NCBI GenBank assembly: GCA_903891335.1
Contig: CAITDX010000003.1
Coordinates: 1-35,214 of the forward strand
Reading direction: 5' to 3'
Source of the DNA: an uncultured bacterium
GTDB lineage: Bacteria > Patescibacteriota > Microgenomatia > UBA1400 > PJMF01
DNA: 35,214 nucleotides
Both the position numbers and the translations under genes were made by a program. The number at the start of each line of letters is the position of its first letter. The first letter of the stretch is position 1. The notes under the pieces were generated by a model that saw nothing but the letters and a program-made list of their open reading frames with translations, was not told the origin of the DNA and ran no database searches. This document shows, piece after piece, positions 32,536 to 35,214 of this stretch.

Positions 32536-35214
32536 TCATTTTTTGGCGGAAAATGCAAGGCGAGCCAGATATATAAAAACTCCAATCAACAAAGCGAAGC
32601 CAAAATACTGCAACAACTGCGGCCAGAAAAAGAGATAAATCACTTGCTTACTATCTGTTGATTCTGGCAACTGCCAAGCATTGGCCCAGTTGTTGAATTT
32701 CAGATGAGGCAGAAACTCACCATCAGACCAAGCTAGCCAGCCTGGGTCGTGGGCTTGCGATAATTTCAAAACTGAAGCTGTACAAGATTCAGGTAGATCC
32801 ACCTGGTAAAGCCAAAGTGCTTTCTTATCAACTGAAAAATCACAATCGGCTAACTGCGCCTTGGACTGCTCGCTTTCCTGAGCAAGATCGGTCGTTTCCA
32901 GTCGTAACTGACTTAAAAAATTATATGGCCACCAATACACTTCTGCTTGTCGGAGTAGATTTTGATTGGTTTCTCGACCATAGGAATCAGTTGATAAATA
33001 CATGGTGTAGCCACTGTGAAATGATTCAATTGGCGGCACAATCTGATAATTCACTCCTTCATCTAGATAAGTCTCTATGGGACTACGACCAAGACTTTCA
33101 GCCTGAATAGCAAAGACAAAAGGCAAAGAAGAGAGATTGCTTGCATCAAGGCGGAAGAGATAGCCAGCAGAGTGCCTAAGGTTTTCCAAATAAAAGTGAT
33201 CACACGAACTTGTTCCCGTCGCTTGATATAAAATCCCATCGACACGTTTTTCCTTGAAGAAACTCCCTTGATTGAGTGGACGACAATTTTTGGCAGCACT
33301 AGCACTAATTGGATCAGCAACCAAATCAGAGTAAATCATTATTTTGGGCAACTTAACTTGAAGGACTGATGGCAACGCTTCATCCATCTTAAATTGCTGC
33401 GCCTCTAGAGAAAAATCACTGAGATCGAAAAAGGCATAATCGAAGTACTCGTTTGGATTGTCAGTGCTCAGAGCAAAAACATTGCGCAAGTCAGTGCGCA
33501 ATAACACCCGTGCTGAACCAAGTTGTGTAAATGGACCAAGCACTTGATTATTAAGCACCAAGTGACAAGATGGAGCTTTTTGACAGTACTCACTACTCAG
33601 AACTATTTCTTGACTAAAATCAAAACTAAATCGAGTGTTTTGCTGATATAGTTCTGGCAAGAGAGCCTCTAGAGTCAATACTACTTGCTTATCCTCTACC
33701 CGCCAAGTTAACTGAAAAGGCAGTTGCGTTTCAGCTGCAAGGAAATCCGGCAAGTTGAGAGAAAATGCCTGTACTTGAGAATAGTAATTGCTCTGTAGGT
33801 AGATAAATTGCTCATCTTCACTAAGGGTAAATTCTTGTAGAATTTGGCTATGATTAGTGAATAAACTCGCAAACGGATAAATAATTTTCGCATTTGAGGC
33901 GGAATTATTATTTTCTTGAATGTAGTCGTGAAAATCTAAATATGCCTGATCATGCCAATTATGACGGTAATCATTATCAATTACTGGCACACCATCATAT
34001 AAACTGACAAAATCCTTTTCAAGAGTATTTTCCAAATCAATCACTTCATAGAGCCATAGAAAGTCATACTGTTTATGTAGCCTAATTTGGCTAGAAGCAG
34101 ACAACAGCTCCTTAAGTTGGTCATAGTTAAAGGGCTTACTCGTATTCCGATTCACCACTGAAGTATCAAGCAATAGATAATCAACGTCATACTTGTCTAG
34201 CACTTCTTCTAAGAGGTGGATATTTTTTTGGTCTAAGGCATACTGTAACTCCCAATAATATCCTTCTAAAGGCGCACTCCAAACATCAAAAGCCCGATCC
34301 AAAATCGGCTGTTTGATGCCATACCAGATAAAGCCAGAGCCCCGATAACCCCAATCATTCCACTGCCAACCATAAAAACTGTGCTGAGGTAAATTAGCAA
34401 TGCGACTACTTGCAGAAGCCTGATGTTTGAAATAATCAAAAAGCTCAAAGTACGCCTCTGGAATCTGCATGCGCAAGCGCTCATAGAAGAAGTGACCCTG
34501 AAAAGCCGGCCGAGAATAGACAAGTAATGAGCCGAAAAAGATCGAGGCAACTATGAAGCGAATTAAGCGTTTTTTAAACAAGGAGAAGAGGAAAGCGAGA
34601 CCGAAAGAAAGGAAGATGCTGTATAAAAATGATAGTGGAACCGCCCACTTGGTGAAAGATGACCTAAAAAATTGACTAAATAGAGGTACGTGATCTCGCA
34701 AAAGCCCATAGAAAAAACCAAATGGTGGGTTGGTGCCAAGTAACACAAAAAAACAAAGCAACAAACTAGTAAAAAAAGCAAAACGCCATTTGATTAGATT
34801 CCTCTGTTTCTTTTTGAAAAAAAATAAGTAGTAAATCCCCAATAAAAACAAAAAAGCATATAAAAAAGCTATTGTACTTATCCAAGGACGAGACAGATTA
34901 CTTTGCCAGGGATCAAGTAAGTAGACCATGTTACCCCATTCATCGAAATCATGCAAACCGAACCAATAACCCTTCATTGTTAGCAAGTCAGGCAGATTGC
35001 CGAAGCGATTGTTTTGCAGGAAAACACTTTCAGTTACCATAGAGTTGGCTTTGGACTGAACCGTCACCTCACTGCTTGTCAAAGTAAAAAATAAGGTAGG
35101 TAAAAACCAAAAGGCATTGACGCACAAAACTAATAAATAAACTTTGAGCGCAGTAAGAAATCGCTGTTTTCGAGATTTTTGACTTTTTTGCAATAAATAA
35201 AAAAGCAAAAAAAT
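32536..35214 (-). CDS. very large multi-pass membrane protein with big extracytoplasmic domain and C-terminal TM anchor (GT-C / YfhO- or AftD-like topology); 5' end probably outside the window
   Basis: The 890-codon ORF has a track start at TTG 35208, but the frame stays open to the window edge (35209-35214 carry no stop). The N-terminal third has many TM helices, followed by about 550 soluble residues and a final TM (LLQYFGFALLIGVFIYLA). The family assignment is tentative. Confidence 0.6.
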   Translation of the reverse strand: MFLLFYLLQKSQKSRKQRFLTALKVYLLVLCVNAFWFLPTLFFTLTSSEVTVQSKANSMVTESVFLQNNRFGNLPDLLTMKGYWFGLHDFDEWGNMVYLLDPWQSNLSRPWISTIAFLYAFLFLLGIYYLFFFKKKQRNLIKWRFAFFTSLLLCFFVLLGTNPPFGFFYGLLRDHVPLFSQFFRSSFTKWAVPLSFLYSIFLSFGLAFLFSLFKKRLIRFIVASIFFGSLLVYSRPAFQGHFFYERLRMQIPEAYFELFDYFKHQASASSRIANLPQHSFYGWQWNDWGYRGSGFIWYGIKQPILDRAFDVWSAPLEGYYWELQYALDQKNIHLLEEVLDKYDVDYLLLDTSVVNRNTSKPFNYDQLKELLSASSQIRLHKQYDFLWLYEVIDLENTLEKDFVSLYDGVPVIDNDYRHNWHDQAYLDFHDYIQENNNSASNAKIIYPFASLFTNHSQILQEFTLSEDEQFIYLQSNYYSQVQAFSLNLPDFLAAETQLPFQLTWRVEDKQVVLTLEALLPELYQQNTRFSFDFSQEIVLSSEYCQKAPSCHLVLNNQVLGPFTQLGSARVLLRTDLRNVFALSTDNPNEYFDYAFFDLSDFSLEAQQFKMDEALPSVLQVKLPKIMIYSDLVADPISASAAKNCRPLNQGSFFKEKRVDGILYQATGTSSCDHFYLENLRHSAGYLFRLDASNLSSLPFVFAIQAESLGRSPIETYLDEGVNYQIVPPIESFHSGYTMYLSTDSYGRETNQNLLRQAEVYWWPYNFLSQLRLETTDLAQESEQSKAQLADCDFSVDKKALWLYQVDLPESCTASVLKLSQAHDPGWLAWSDGEFLPHLKFNNWANAWQLPESTDSKQVIYLFFWPQLLQYFGFALLIGVFIYLARLAFSAKK

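Noticed and set aside
5651-35000. All other short (60-166 aa) track ORFs nested antisense or out of frame inside long conserved genes. Examples are 5932..6366, 8431..8643, 14243..14552, 17452..17716, 18644..19009, 20860..21156, 22763..23143, 29487..29942, 30568..30897, 32138..32638 and 34266..34781.
   Set aside because: Each lies wholly within a longer ORF that has clear family motifs. Their translations are low-complexity or compositionally biased, and they lack independent start contexts. I treat them as frame shadows.
1-35214. Possible stop-codon reassignment, for example TGA=Gly as in some candidate-phyla bacteria.
   Set aside because: TGA closes the membrane-protein gene (5084..5578), the UbiA-family gene, the 221..1033 gene and the 890-aa gene at sensible lengths. 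TAA and TAG close the remaining conserved genes. All conserved proteins are full length under the standard code. The only anomaly is the single TAG in the GT2 gene.
1-35214. CRISPR arrays, long tandem repeats, IS elements/transposases, integrases, rRNA.
   Set aside because: Reading both strands, I found no regularly spaced direct repeats, no transposase- or integrase-like ORF and no rRNA-like sequence. The only RNA gene I could fold is tRNA-Glu.

Overview
This is a gene-dense chromosomal segment with very little intergenic DNA and frequent 1-23 nt gene overlaps. The organism uses the standard code: TAA, TAG and TGA all close long conserved ORFs.

The backbone is housekeeping:
- tRNA-Glu(CUC)
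- a class I FbaB/DhnA-type aldolase
- rdgB
- ybaB-dnaX
- ybeY
- gltX
- an S11 D-Ala-D-Ala carboxypeptidase
- aspS
- rmuC
- metG
- a TatD hydrolase
- a CsoR-family regulator followed by trxA-trxB-maf
- dnaG

Positions 22.5-28.1 kb form an envelope-glycan locus. It holds a QxxRW family-2 glycosyltransferase broken by one in-frame TAG, a GT-C/PMT-like transferase, a WecA/MraY-family polyprenyl-P sugar-1-P transferase and a UbiA-family decaprenyl-phosphate phosphoribosyltransferase-like enzyme. A second very large GT-C-like membrane protein runs off the right edge.

The reduced enzyme architectures (AspRS without the GAD insertion, short MetRS, archaeal-type aldolase) and the many membrane-anchored orphans suggest a small-genome Patescibacteria/CPR-like organism. 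That is inference only.

Worth a second look:
- (i) A low-G+C two-gene orphan islet sits directly 3' of tRNA-Glu and is closed by a tRNA-like fragment plus a terminator.
- (ii) A second low-G+C insertion encodes a Lys-less P-loop kinase-like domain fused to a DPPY amino-methyltransferase, with a stand-alone ParB-like domain gene nearby.
- (iii) An A10 slippery tract in dnaX has stops in both alternative frames, a gamma/tau-type recoding signature.
- (iv) Sigma70-type -10 boxes sit 6-11 nt from start codons at many operon heads, suggesting leaderless mRNAs.
- (v) A 28-bp inverted-repeat element lies in the UbiA/maf convergent spacer.
- (vi) A His-less three-Cys CsoR-family repressor has a palindromic operator inside its own promoter, upstream of trxA-trxB.

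I saw no CRISPR array, rRNA, transposase or integrase.
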